64,000 nucleotides of DNA from Takakia lepidozioides. Its lineage: Eukaryota; Plantae; Bryophyta. Made by a program: the position numbers and the translations under genes. How positions within the stretch are numbered: the stretch's first letter is position 1; every line of letters starts with the position of its first letter. Shown here piece by piece: positions 35,505 to 48,217 of the stretch. The stretch spans positions 50,096,001 through 50,160,000 of the forward strand of contig CM060734.1 in NCBI GenBank assembly GCA_030704615.1, given 5' to 3'. The notes below the pieces were generated by a model. The model was not told the origin of the DNA, made no database searches, and saw only the letters and a list, made by a program, of their open reading frames with translations.

Positions 35505-38500
35505 AAGCCTTGATTTTCACTGCTTTCAAGGGAACCATGATCTCATGTCCCTCACCATTGCTAAAGCGAAGGGAATAGTCTGCCAGGCTGATGGTGGCAC
35601 CAGCTCCAGTCATCCAATGAAGGCCTAGCAGGAATTGTTCCCCAATTGTAACTATGCAGGTCACCACCACCTCTTTCTTGTGAATCCTGATGGGCGCAGT
35701 AACTAATCCCAGAGGCTCATCAGCAATCAGAACCTCAATTCCTGAAGCAGGACATAGCTTAAGACCAAGGACTCTTACTACATTCAGAGGGATGGCAGAT
35801 ATGGTGCATCCTCTATCTATCACGCAAGGAAAGCTTAGCTCATAGATGTGGCACTGAGCCATAAGGGGATTGATCTGCTAGTCAGTAGCCTTTCTGCTGA
35901 GAGAACAATGCAAGGCCTTGAAGTTAGTAGATAAAACAACTTGAACTGGTATAAGAGAGGTAGGGTTGGTAGATGATTGACCTCTTGCCCCCTTCTCAAG
36001 AGGTCTCTCTAGTTTAAAGTAGGGGAAGAACCACTAGCAACTTTCCTGTTCTTGATCAGCTCTGGTAATCCTGCCCTGTCTGGACAATGCTTAGTCCAGT
36101 GCTCAAAAGATCCACAGATGTAACATGCAGCACGATTACCTTCATATGCCTGCCCAGTTTGGGTGCGACCCCTATTATTGCCACTTGTTGGCCTTTGTGC
36201 CTGACGAGGTTGCCAACGCTGTTGGTGGGCTTGCATTGCAACAAATTGAGTGGCGACAGACTCACTAAGACTGCCTACTGTGTTGGCCAATCCTTGAAGG
36301 GTGAAGTCATCTGTCTTACAATGCATAACAGGAGGAACATAAGGCACAGATGTTGTAGCCATGCCAAGCTCGGAGCCCATTGGAGCTTGAAACTTGACCT
36401 GATGTTGTGTTTATTTGCTGTTAGCCAAGTCTGCCATCTTAAGGTTAATATCTGCTAACATGGTTTTGTCATTGATAAAATGACAACACTGAGCCCAATT
36501 TTGAATAGCAGGGGGCAAGCCAAGGAGAAATATCTTTTGACCATGCGATCTCTTTCTACTGGGTCAATGATGTTCTCAACAGCAGCAGACTTGATGTCCA
36601 TGTAAAATTGCCACGGGGATTCTCCAGGCTAGTAAGAGAGCTTAGCAAAGCAGTCTAGAGGTCTTTCAGGAGGCTTGAACAAGGTCTTAGCCCATTCTAC
36701 AAGGGTCGCCCAATTGAGGCTGGGATCATCCATGACTGCTGCATGCAGCAAGTCCCAAGTTGACCCCTTCATGCTCATCCTAAATATGACCATCTTGAAG
36801 TTCTCAGGCACTCCATTGACGCTAGCAATGACTTCAAACATTTGAAGGTACCTATCAAAGTCTTCCCCCATATTATACTCTGGATAGGGTTGAGTGGTGA
36901 ACTGAGGGATCAGATGACAAGACAGACTGTGGTTTATGTACCTAGGAAATACAGAAGCATGAGCACTACGTCAGGGAACAGTGGCTTGAATATGAACATA
37001 AGAGGATTGGCAGCATGTATAGAATTAACAGCAGACACAGTACTTTGATTAACCCATTAATGGCTGGTCCCATACTAGAGGATGACAGACTTGCATGTGG
37101 TGCCCGTATGCCCATGGGAAGGGCATGTGACATAACATTTGACTGAGCAGCTAGGTAGACTGACTGTAGGTGGGGCTGTGGCACACCACTCATGGGAGGA
37201 GTGGACGTCATTCCCACCATAGGAGCTGTTCTAGAGCTTAAATTGCTAGCATGAATAGGGACTGTATTGACATTGCTAGAATGTATACCCATACCCAGAT
37301 TAGCTGCAATTCGTGGCAATCCCACCATATGTTGAACAGGAAGAGTTCCCACACGACTTACATAACCAATACACGAGGTGGAGGGCACTGATGCTACTGT
37401 CCCCCCACCTGCAACAAGACCGGAGACATTCAACAAAGGGACAACACTCGGATGCAAACTTGAATTCAAAGAACTAGTCCCTCCCCCGAGAGTGGGATTA
37501 GGGAGGCTAATCACAGGCACATGCATCAGACTCGTTACTGGGGCCGGCTCATAGTAGCCCAAACATCCGAACCAGACCCGTCTACCCCCTGAATATGAAC
37601 AGGATGGGGAGGGCAGACCGTTTAATTCCCGAGCCAGCATATGCTTGGTTCGTCCAGCCACCAAGGCTTCATCACTCCGATCATAAACAGAGAGGCCCTC
37701 GGGGTTGGCTATCCCAGAACCCTCATCTACCAATGCAATATCAGTTGGGGACTCTACAATTGCTCCCATCGTACCAGCATTAAAAAATTCGTCATCGCTC
37801 ACCATGAAATTACTTGCCTGCAGGTTGTCCGATCCCTCATTCATTTCTATACACTTTCGGCCAGCGGCTCTCCTGAACTATTCATGGACCTCTGTCTTCC
37901 GGATTTCAACCAAGTAGTTCTAGAATCACCTAGCATGCAAGATTCGAAGTTAGATTGGAAGCATAACCTTTAAGCAGCAGGGATATGGAGAGTGGGCCGA
38001 TCACTTAGCGAGTTGTCATCTGGAACCTAAGTGGAACAATATACCACCCTCAGCACCTTGTGTGACTGCAACTCGTAAACTCCCAACGCCAGCCACTCCC
38101 AACCGTCAGCTCCCAAAAAACCAACGCGGGTTGTGTCACCCTCTCTCCAGGTGCGCGAAAGCACAGCCGAGTTCGAGTAGTCACTCAATCTCTCAAACGC
38201 ACTCGGACGAACCACTCGCTGTGAAGCAAAGGTAGTACCCACACCCAAGACTACTAGATCAGACGATTGCACTATCAAGGCCCCACCTTCAGACCATCAA
38301 CCAACTGTGAATAAGTAGGTGCCAAGGCGCAGGGCCGGAGTTGAAACCGTAGTGCCCTCAAGATCAAAGTCCCCGTGTTTTGTAACATTAACGACAACCA
38401 ACTTCGCCCTACTACACCAGGGCCATGATGAAGCTCCACACTTCGAACACCAGAGAGAGGTAAATACAAACCAACTTCTAACCAGGTCAATTCGCGATGG

Positions 38501-39331
38501 TGCAGAAAACGTGACTTTATCGTTTTAGACGACAGACGTTCTTCGTTGCGCAACTCAAATTCTCGCCTAGCAAGCTGTCTGGCTTTGGACACCACCGCAC
38601 CAGGCTCATGCAAAGGTCTCGTGAACAGGGCCTCGTGATGACTGGTTAATGCAGCAAGGTCACCCACGACAGCTCTTTATACACGCTCAAACCAAAGCTG
38701 ATCCTCGTCATATATCTCACACAACAAATCATCTACTTCCTGCGACAACTCGATATCCCGCTCTAACTCTGCTGTCTGTTGCCTACTCTCGAAATATTCA
38801 GGTCCAGTATCAACAAAGTTGTCAAAATTATAGTATTCCGGGTCACAACTATCTAGAGAGCTATTAGATTTCTCAAACCTTGGCGACCACGCCTCTGCCT
38901 CATCTAAATTGTAATAATCACTACCACCATGAGAACCCAATGAAACAACAAGGGCTGGAACACAAGTAGTTGGTTCAAAGAGAGGCGACGCTGGCAAGGT
39001 AACACTGCCAGGCCGCGCGCTGTCGGCCGTGTTAGCAACAACAAGAACGTCGGCAGTGTTAGAAACGACAGGGTTGGTTTCAACAACAGGAGGAGCAACA
39101 GGAACGACACCAGTAGAACAAGGAGTGATAGCAGGGTTAGTTTCCACACTAGGATTAGTTTCAACAACAAGTTCCACACTAATATGAAGAAGCAGGCTCT
39201 CCCCTTCTCTACGAGCTACACAAGACAAGTCACGAACAATAGCCATTCCCTGCAACCACACCCCAGCGCGCAATGTGAGACGATGATATCACAACAGCAG
39301 GAGAAAATACGGCAAGGCGAAGTGCCGCCAT

Positions 39332-39810
39332 TGATAACACGCATTAGCGAACCACTTAGGCAGCAGGATGTGGAGCAGATCCCGCGAGAAAGACCTAACT
39401 GACCCTGACAGCGTGGACAAGATCCACCAACGCCTATGGTACCCGGCTTGTCTCCACCATAAAACAAGCCTGAAGCATATACTCCTTTCCTCTCAAGAAG
39501 TAAGGTTTCACAACAAAGGGGCGAGTGGAAAGAGCAAGCAACGCGCGAGAGGAGGATCAAACACACGGATCTGACACAAAACAGCTCTCATCCAAAGCTT
39601 GTACATCAAAATCACATATACACTAACACCCGAGTACACCGCCCTGACCTTGTGTCAGGGCGCCGTCTTTATACAAAAGCCCTAGCTTTAGTGGCCCGCC
39701 GCGTGGCGAGGGGTCACAAGCCAAGGCCCACGGCGCCGCCTTGTAGCCCTGGATCTGATGAAGGGCCAGGATCGAGCCACCGGCCAAAACTAGCCCTGAC
39801 CTAGATATCA
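39332..39810 (-). repeat. Putative 5' LTR (479 bp)
   Basis: On the minus strand it begins TGATA (39810) and ends TATCA (39332), followed by A + TGGCGGCAC (PBS-like). TATA-like TATAAAG at ~39670. No second LTR is available to confirm. Confidence 0.5.
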
Positions 39811-40329
39811 TTGTAACGGTTTAACGGCTTTATACGCCAAAAAAATATACTACAAATGTGTATCGCTGTTTTGGATGAAACAGGCCATTTCTAGGATAAG
39901 CAAATATGGGGCTTTACAGGCCTTGTTCGCTTGTCCCCTTTTTTTCCTATTTTTTAAATTCTTTTTGGAGAAAGCCCTGTATGTTATAGCAGAGGGACAA
40001 AAAGCCCAAGAGGTACATTGGGGAAAAAACTTTCTTTCGTTTTAAGGAAAAAACTTAGTTCGACACAGGGACAGGTTTCTTTTTCCTTTGTCTTTTTCTG
40101 GAAGAAATGGACAAGGCCCTGACTATGTGGATGGGCCAGGAAAAAACAACCTTGCAGAAAAGCCATGAAGGCCAACAAAGGAGACATGCCCCGTAAAAGG
40201 GAAGTTCCTAACAGAAGCTAAGAGTAACTAGGAAACTAGCACGGAAGAAAAGGGACAGAAGCAGCATCAACAGCTGCCCCTCTGCTTGTAAGGCTTAAAA
40301 AATAATTCCCGCTTTTGATTTGCCCTTTC

Positions 40330-43200
40330 TAAAGCTATGTCCATGTCGAATGCCGCCAATTGACGGCAGGCTCTTCATCATCAGCAGGGGAGAACTTGGC
40401 GCTGTGCGAGCTCCCAGCAGGTTTCTTCAATATTGGACTCTATAGCCATGTATTACATAAATGCATTGGCAGTAACCAAACATCATTCTTTTTTTTAATA
40501 ATCTGATTAGCACTTAAAATTCTCTAACTCTAGCCACTTACAACCTTATTGATGAGAGTCATTTATCCAACAATACCTCCCATTTCTACGCCTTCATGGG
40601 GCGGTTACGGTGAAAGAGGTTATTTTCTTCTCTCACTATTGAGGGGGCCTGATTTGTGAGCTGTCGCTCCCAGGTGTTTCCCTTTCGGGAAAAAAAAAAA
40701 TTGAAAAAAAAAAACCTCCTACAGGTATCCTTCAGGTGAAGGTATATACAACTGCTCTCCGTATATTCTCCTTTGCATGCCGGTCCAACATTGCGTCCTC
40801 TTTCACTCCATCTATAATATCCAATCACGTATACCAGTAGCATCAGGGTGTACTGCATTATTTCCTTTTAGTGACATAGGCTTTAACCCCAACAAAGACC
40901 TTATACTTGATTGCAAGAATATGATTAGGTCTTTAAACAATTTGCCGTGCCAATCCATGCTAACCAATTAGGAGTTACAATCAACCGGGATATGAGACCG
41001 CGAGAAATCGTCAAACCCTCATGTACAGTAATGGCAATTGACGAATTTAACTGTTAGTTGATGAGTTGCCACCGACAGCATGTGCATTTCAACGCTGCAC
41101 AGAGACACAGATAGAGTGGGAGACATAGGGGAAGACTATTCGCATCAATACTGGTGCTGATATATGGATGTGGTATGGATACAGGACTGACTATGATTGC
41201 AGAGCTTATCATGGTCTGGTGACAAATGAGATGCCAAAGTAGAAAGTACCTTAGTATGGGAAGCCTCTCGGCAGCACTCTGCTAATCCCTCCTCTGACAG
41301 TGGGAGCTCCTCCATGGGCACCCGCCTTGCATGGACGGTCCTGCCCATATACATATCCCATGCTGTCAGCAAAATCCAACTCTTTTCTGTTTAGGGATAA
41401 GGGCGGGGATAAGGTGGTCAAACTCCAGCTCTTCATTAGTCCCGAAAGAGCAAACAGACATACCATTACAAAATTCCACAGATGCAGGATGTTAAAGACA
41501 ATTACAAGTAACAGGCTACTCATAAGCATGTCCAATGCCTGTCACACACTCTCTAGCCACTCAAAATATTGCTCCCTACTCCAGTGCAAGTCACCAAGCA
41601 CTATTTCTCTGGTGAATGACAGAAAGAGGGTCAATCAAACAATTTTTTACCGTTCCTACAATAGATGGCTGACCCTTGAGAATAGTCAGATCCTGCGCAT
41701 CCTTGGAGACAGTGACTTCAATATCGTATACAGCTGCACAAACCCATACAGGTTCTGAACTGCAGATACAAACCCCTGCAACCCATTGTAACAGAGCAAG
41801 CAAGAATCACTGGCTAATCTGTCTCTACTTGTAAATCTCTTTCTAAGAGATATGCCTTGCTACAGTCGAGTTCAATCTTGGACTTAGAATTTCTTTTACT
41901 GTGGTAGAGCTGCAATCCCATTCAATCATGGGAAGAATTACATCCATGCAGCATTAACAGAAAGGCACATATGGGAAACAGAAAAGTATTACACGAGATG
42001 ATCTGAGGTATGAGTTAACTCCTCCAGATGAGACGAGATATCACTATCTACCAATCCATATTTCAAAGCACGACTCATTTGAAAAAGCCCGAGTCTGCAT
42101 ACTAAGTACAGTGATGTACTCCACCAAACACAGCGGGTGGTAGCCAGGAGGTTGAGGACCTAGGTTTCAATCATCTTTTGGCACCAAAGGGTGACATTGA
42201 CTTCCAGTTCATAAGCCTGCCACAGGGGATGGGACTTCCTTTCCACCATTCACCTTTCCTGGTTTGACAGAGCAGACAAGTGTCGGAGAGGAGCAAGCTC
42301 CTTGAACTCAGTAAAAAGAGGTACAGTGACAGTTTGTTTGATACTTTCCGAGAAAGTATCTCCTTTGGAAGTGTATGCACTACAGTGAATCAGAAAATTA
42401 TTGCCACACTCATAGCTATGCCCAGGGAAATGACACGGATTCATCGCGTCAGCCAAATAAACCTACTGCACAACCTACTCTTGGTTTGAACTTCAGCATA
42501 GTGCCGAGCATGCACTATCCTCAGGTAGTCCCTGAGTGCAAGTTGTTCATCAAAGGCTGCTATGCTGAGGCTCAGAATAGATTTGTGCAGACCTTGAGCT
42601 GATCGCTTTTGAGCAACATTTCCTCTGTAGCCTTCCTAAGATAGCCTCAATCTGCCCTGACTGCCAATCTTGTTGCAGGACTTGACCATTTCATCTACCC
42701 TCTCCTGCAGCCAAAAATTGGCTTGCCTGGCAGGTTGGTCTGGCTTCAAGGCCTTAGGCTGATATCTTCTAGAAATCATAGGTGGTTCTCAGAAATCCCA
42801 TCCCACATCAAAACTAGAAGGTCTGGAGGGAGCTGCCCATGACAGTCTTAAAGGCACCGAGCTATCCTGCTTTGAGGCCATCTCAATGCCAAGGAATTGC
42901 CCTCATCCATACCCTAAGAACCTGGAGCTATATGGATCACTTCACTGCCACGTCACTCCCCATGCACCAACAAGTTTCTCCAGCCCACTTTCAATCAGCA
43001 GGAGAGAAAATACAGTGGCTGAAGAAATTGACACCGTCTGCAAGATAATAGACAAAAAAACAATGGATACTGAGCTGCAGAGAAGAGCCTCACCTTAAGT
43101 GTGCTTGCATCCTTGGCCCAATCCCTGGCCAAGGAAATGAACTCTGAGAACCACATGGACCAGCCAAGGACCTTCCAGCCCACCACGATCCAGAATCTTT
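40330..43200 (-). pseudogene. LPAT2: Lysophosphatidic acid acyltransferase (LPAT2-like) pseudogene, 5'-truncated, introns retained
   Basis: Exon remnants: 'VLGWSMWFSEFISLARDWAKDASTLK' (~43170-43095), 'FTEFK...' (~42320), 'GFVSAVQNLYGFV[frameshift]AVYDIEVTVSKD...KGQPSI' (~41775-41660), 'VHARRVPMEELPLSEEGLAECCREASHTK' (~41340-41250), 'DAMLDRHAKEN' (~40795). Confidence 0.85.
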
Positions 43201-43617
43201 CAGCCTCGTGACCCCTTTGGCATCTTATCAAGATCCTGAAATAAAGGCCCAATGCCCATCATACTCTCAGATGAGGTTTTCTCGGTTGAGAGGACTGTGC
43301 TCTGTTCAGAAATAAGCAAATCAACACACACATGGGGCAAACAAGAGAGATGTGGAAGAGAGATGTGGAAGAGTGCTATGATGTAGTACAGAAATAAAAT
43401 GAAAGAAAGTCATAGGTAACATGCTACCTGCAGGATAAGATGGTAGCTCTACTACAACCAACCACATAACGTGACCAACCAGGGTAAGATGGTAGCTCTA
43501 TTATAACCAACCATATAACATGACCAGCAACTGAAAAACACCATCAGCCCCAACCCAGGGAGGGGAGGTTCGATTAGCTAAGGGTCTAGAGGCTGATGAG
43601 GAGGGGGGTTTTCTACG

Positions 43618-44959
43618 TCATTGACTGGAAGACTTGCCATGGCTTTGACAAGACTTGCGCTCGCTCCTCTTCAGCCATGCCTTGATATCTCCCAAGATGA
43701 TTGCAACATTCTCATCAAACTCCCCCTGTAAGAGAGAATGATGCATGCCCGCGTACATTCTAAGTGTCTTGTCCTCAGATTTTGCACTTTCGTAGAGGAA
43801 CCTGCTCACTTCAGGCTCTGTCACCACGTCTGCGTCCCCATGCAGCACTAGGAGCGGAAGGTCAACATCTTTGAGTTTCTGCCCAAGACTTGCTGTCACT
43901 CTTAGCAGCTCAGTCACAGTGCCAAGCCTCGACTTTCCACCATATCTGCCAAAGAAAAAGGTCAGGCTGGAGTTTGACAACCTTGAGTTGTAACTTCACC
44001 AGATTTTTGAACCCATATATTTCCCAGCAAATCCTGTCTGATCAAGTACAAATGTCTACCTAAAGTAGCTCAATTGTCAGGGCTACTCACTTTGTTTGTT
44101 CAATCTCCAATGCTGAAATGTTCCTTGTCAAATAGGAGCTAATTTTTCCTATTTGAAGGTTCTGTGGGAGACATCCATGTTCCATTTTTTTTGCTTCTGA
44201 ACAGGGGTAACCGCAGTCTTCCAACCATTACTGTCAAGGACACCTTCCAATCCATGACCAAGGGAAGAACAAGAGTTACCTGCGGGGATTGTTTCGAGCG
44301 AGCTCTCTCTTCACAGGATCTCTCACTGATTTATCGACGAGATCTTCGGTGGGCACAATTGCCCAGGTCGGAAACCACCCGGCCAGGAACCTCAAAATTG
44401 ATACAACAGGAAAAGGGGGAATCATTTTATCTGAAATCTTGCACATGGGAGCCATTAAGATGGCGCCGTCATATCCTGTGGGTTCCAGCAAGTGCACTTG
44501 CAAACAGAGTGCGCCACCCAGTGACTCCCCGTATAGGAAGCAGGGCAGATTCTGGAACTCGGGCTTTTGTTTCACAGAATTGAAAAAAAAGAGACAATCT
44601 TTAACGACTTCATCTATACTGGGGACGAACCCTGGCAACCCATCCGATTGCCCATGGCCTTCAAGATCCAGTGCAAATGCAGCATACCCCATCTGTACGA
44701 ATAAGATTGCCGTGTTCTGAAACGTCCAGCTGCTGTCATTTCCATATCCATGTATCATAAACATAAGAGATTTTGGAGGGTAATCTGATGGTACCCATGA
44801 CTGCGTGAAAATGAAGATCCCACGCGGAGTTTGAATTCTCTCTCTATGGTTCCTCAACTTCTTCAGTTCGTAATAGTCGGACTCAGGCATCTCACCCCAT
44901 GGAAAAGGAGGTGGTTTGTAGCTTGCAGCGCTGTTCGTACTCGGATTGGCCACCTCCAT
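43618..44959 (-). CDS. Alpha/beta-hydrolase of the monoacylglycerol lipase / caffeoylshikimate esterase-like family, 335 aa
   Basis: Exons 44959-44280 and 43945-43618 (GT-AG; 1008 nt). HGYGND motif, nucleophile GESLGG, Asp in HGDADVVT, His in MHHSL. Confidence 0.93.
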
Positions 44960-45390
44960 GCCTCTGCGCACCGCTACACTCACTCCGGTACACTCATTGC
45001 GCCCCTGGTCGATCTCTCTCTCGGTTTTCACCCCAAGGTAGAGTCAACTTGGGTCCACCGAAAGAAGTCGATGCAATCTATACCTCCGACCCTCATACAG
45101 TAGTCAAAGGCCACCTGCTCCAAAGAATCTGCGTTGAAGAATGTTTTGCAGTGCAGTCTACCAACCCACCTCCGAGCTTTGATCCTCTGTAAAGAGCATA
45201 GTGCAGTCCCGAGTTCCTTTACGCAGGGAGGGCGGGCCGCCCACGAGGGGCATTCCTCTCACTTGGATGAACTTTTGATACTGTGTGATTGGTGTTCCAG
45301 TCTCGCTCCTCTACGATTGATACCCCATGATTGTTGAACCACAATTTACCCGCTACGTCCCCTGTAGAGAGGTAGTGCCCTGTTGAGGAT

Positions 45391-48182
45391 ATGTTTCCAA
45401 AGGCCTCGAGTCCTTGGAGAGTGCTAGGAGAAATGGCGATCCCCACACACCGCCTGGGATGGGATGCGTTATCCATACACTCACGTCTTAGAATCAATTC
45501 ACGGGGCGGATTGCAACCCAAAAGAGTTGGATGGTTGCTGAAAGATGCGAATGTGATGCGGGTTAGTCAAACTGGAGATCTTCATGGAGAGGTGAGGAGG
45601 GTTGGACTGATGAAGATGTCGATCAGTGCAAAACAGAACGGCCCTGTGACAGAAGGAGAGGTCAATTCGCGGTTGCTGCAGGAGGAAACAGTGTTGATTG
45701 TCGGTGCTGGAATTGCAGGCCTTTCCACTGCCGTTGCTCTTCACAGGTATGTCTTTCTTTCTCTCTGCATTGAGAGGAGGGTGTTAGCAAACAAGCCAAA
45801 GGAAGTAAAACTGTGTTAGATGGAGAGAGCTGTCCTGAGGGGTCGTGAATCTGCTACAAAGACAAGATGTGTTGGAGAGGACAAGACAGAGCTGTGCTGA
45901 GGGCCACACATATTGGCGACCCAATATGCGTGTGAAGAAAGAAGGGCCCCATGTCTCATTTATGAGAGATAATAAATATGGGACAAATGATGCAATCATG
46001 AGACCAAAGTGTGGTGGAGCTCACGGATGAAGGGGCAATGGTGGTGCAGAGTTGGATTGAAGGCAGTAGTGCTGGAGCAGGCGGACTCATTGAGGACGAC
46101 CGGCACTGCTGTGTCATTATGGACCAATGCGTGGCGAGTGCTTGATGTTCTTGGAGTTGGTCCCCGTCTTCGGAGCCAGTATACTGGTTTGCTTAGGTGT
46201 GCCCTCCCTTTGTTGTTCAGTCTCAACAAATTATGAAGATCTGTTCCCCAGCATGAAGCTGAAGGCACACTGTTGCTCTGATCTCTGTCAGTTGTCTCTT
46301 CCTCTCATTCATTTCCTTTCCTTTCTTCTCGCTTGTGTTGTTCTATTGTGTCCCACCCAGGGACACTACAAAGTTTTTTCTCCTGTATTCTCTCCTGAGG
46401 CACACACAACCCCAATGAGGCCACGTGTGTAAGGTCAAACAGGAAGTGGTTTTTCCTTATTTCTGCAAAGGCTGTCAAAAAGCTGAGATTTTGCTAGCTA
46501 GGAGGGCCGGCTAAAGCTTGACACTAGTTAACACTGTGCTTCTCCTCAGTCTTTGAGAAATATTCTTAAGTACTAGGCTAGAGTTTAAATGAAGAAGAGA
46601 TGGCCTCCCCCCTCTGTACAGCTAGTTAACCGAGGTGCAAATTGGGAACCCATGTAACTGTGGCATGACTGAACGTAGACTGCATGTCCTGGAGTAAATA
46701 TATATTCTTGTGTATAGCATGAAAAACGTAGATAAAGAGAAGGTTCAGCTGTCACTCACCTCTTTTCTACCTTTATGTTGCATAGTTAAAGTGTGTTTAA
46801 TGTCCAGTGAATTGACAGAGCTTGCGTGATGACCCATCTATGACATGAGATTGGATTGCCAAAAAATTAAGGCTTGCTCTGCTTTTGATTGTAGGTGGCA
46901 GATATTCAATGAGCATGGCGAACAATTAGGAGGGCTGAATCTGCCTGATTGTGCTGGAGGGTGTGTAACTCTTCTCAGGCCTTTGTCACATGAGTGTTCT
47001 CGTCTGCCTAGGAGAGGGTAGAGCAAGTGTGGATTACTATTGTGAGCGGAAAGATGTGAAAGACACGGACAAAGTCGCAATAGAGAATGCAATTGTAGGT
47101 GTATGTTTACTTGGCCTTGTGGTGATGGGTGCATACGATGAAGCACAAGGAAATAATTCCTCCTGCTTGTTAACAGTTTGCAAACCCAAGTTGAGATTGA
47201 GCTGGTCAGACAAACGTGAATCTGAATGATAAGTCGTAGCCACAGATAGTTAAGGGAAGGACATCTATGGAGGGTATAGAGAGGATTGCATTGACAACAT
47301 GGATATATAGAGTCAAGAAATTTTTTAGTAACTAATAATGTGTGAGATGCAGGCCTCACGAGCTGCGACCTGTCGAGCGCAAAGTACTGTTAGAAACTCT
47401 TGCTGAGCAGCTACCTCCTGGCACCATCCGATTCAATTCGCGGGTGAAATCAATCCAGAGAGCAGCCAAGTCAAATTGCCTCAACCATGTGGAGCTGCAG
47501 GATGGGTCCATATACAGTGCCAAGGTAGGCTATGTCCCTTCTCTTTGAACATTCATTTCTCCGGATGAGGTTCCTTCAAAATTGTTCTGCTTCAGCCTGG
47601 ACTCAAACGGAGGTGCAGCTGTTAGACTTGTGGAAATGGACCATGCACCTGGGTTGGACAGGGGGTGACCAGATGGCCATTAGAACTGCAAGAGAGAACC
47701 TGAAAAAGTGTTAAAAAATCCCACGGGTTGCTTGGAGACAGAAAGAGTGAGAGAGAGAGAATGTACTCACAAGACGTTGTTTGCCGTAGCCTTGTGGCCA
47801 TTGACCCTGCGCTCAGTTTGAGCGGAACACAAAGGGACAGAACCTACCTTTGTCAGGGGCTGACGCCAGTAGTAAGACTTACCTTGGAATAAACAATTGA
47901 TCCGGGTTTACCAGATATGCTCTAGAAATCCCTTTTCACAAGCATCAACTTGCTGTGTGTGGTTTGCCCAATAACTAGGCCCCAGAAGGGCCTGGGCTTT
48001 TGGCTCAGCCTCGAGACTTTCAAAGTTGGTAAACAGAGGCACAATTACCTTGATAGATTTGAAGAGGGCGTCTCTCTGGTGAGAGAACCCCGGACAATGA
48101 ATCGGAAAATGATTGCCCTCTCCCTTTCCTCTCTGCTTCTGTTTGCTGTTCAAAGGCAGGCTTCCCGCCCGGAGTTTAAATT

Positions 48183-48217
<35 letters not shown>

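Larger units (their letters stand above)
34497..39810 (-). mobile_element. Ty3/Gypsy LTR retrotransposon, 5' half (LTR-leader-gag-PR-dUTPase-RT), cut in RT by the CACTA element
   Basis: Gag 36871-36009 (CYICGSFEHWTKHC knuckle), protease 'CVIDRGCTISAI...FLLGLHWM', RT 'EIQKMLDAGVIKPSVSPWASHIVLVGKKDGTTRFCVDFRKLND'. Confidence 0.9.

Noticed and set aside
42250-42456. GPAT-like exon ('AMNP...YE')
   Set aside because: The surrounding exon remnants match LPAT2, so the resemblance is coincidental.
44960-45031. Longer N-terminus for the hydrolase, as in the ORF track
   Set aside because: That start is GTG; the first in-frame ATG is at 44959.
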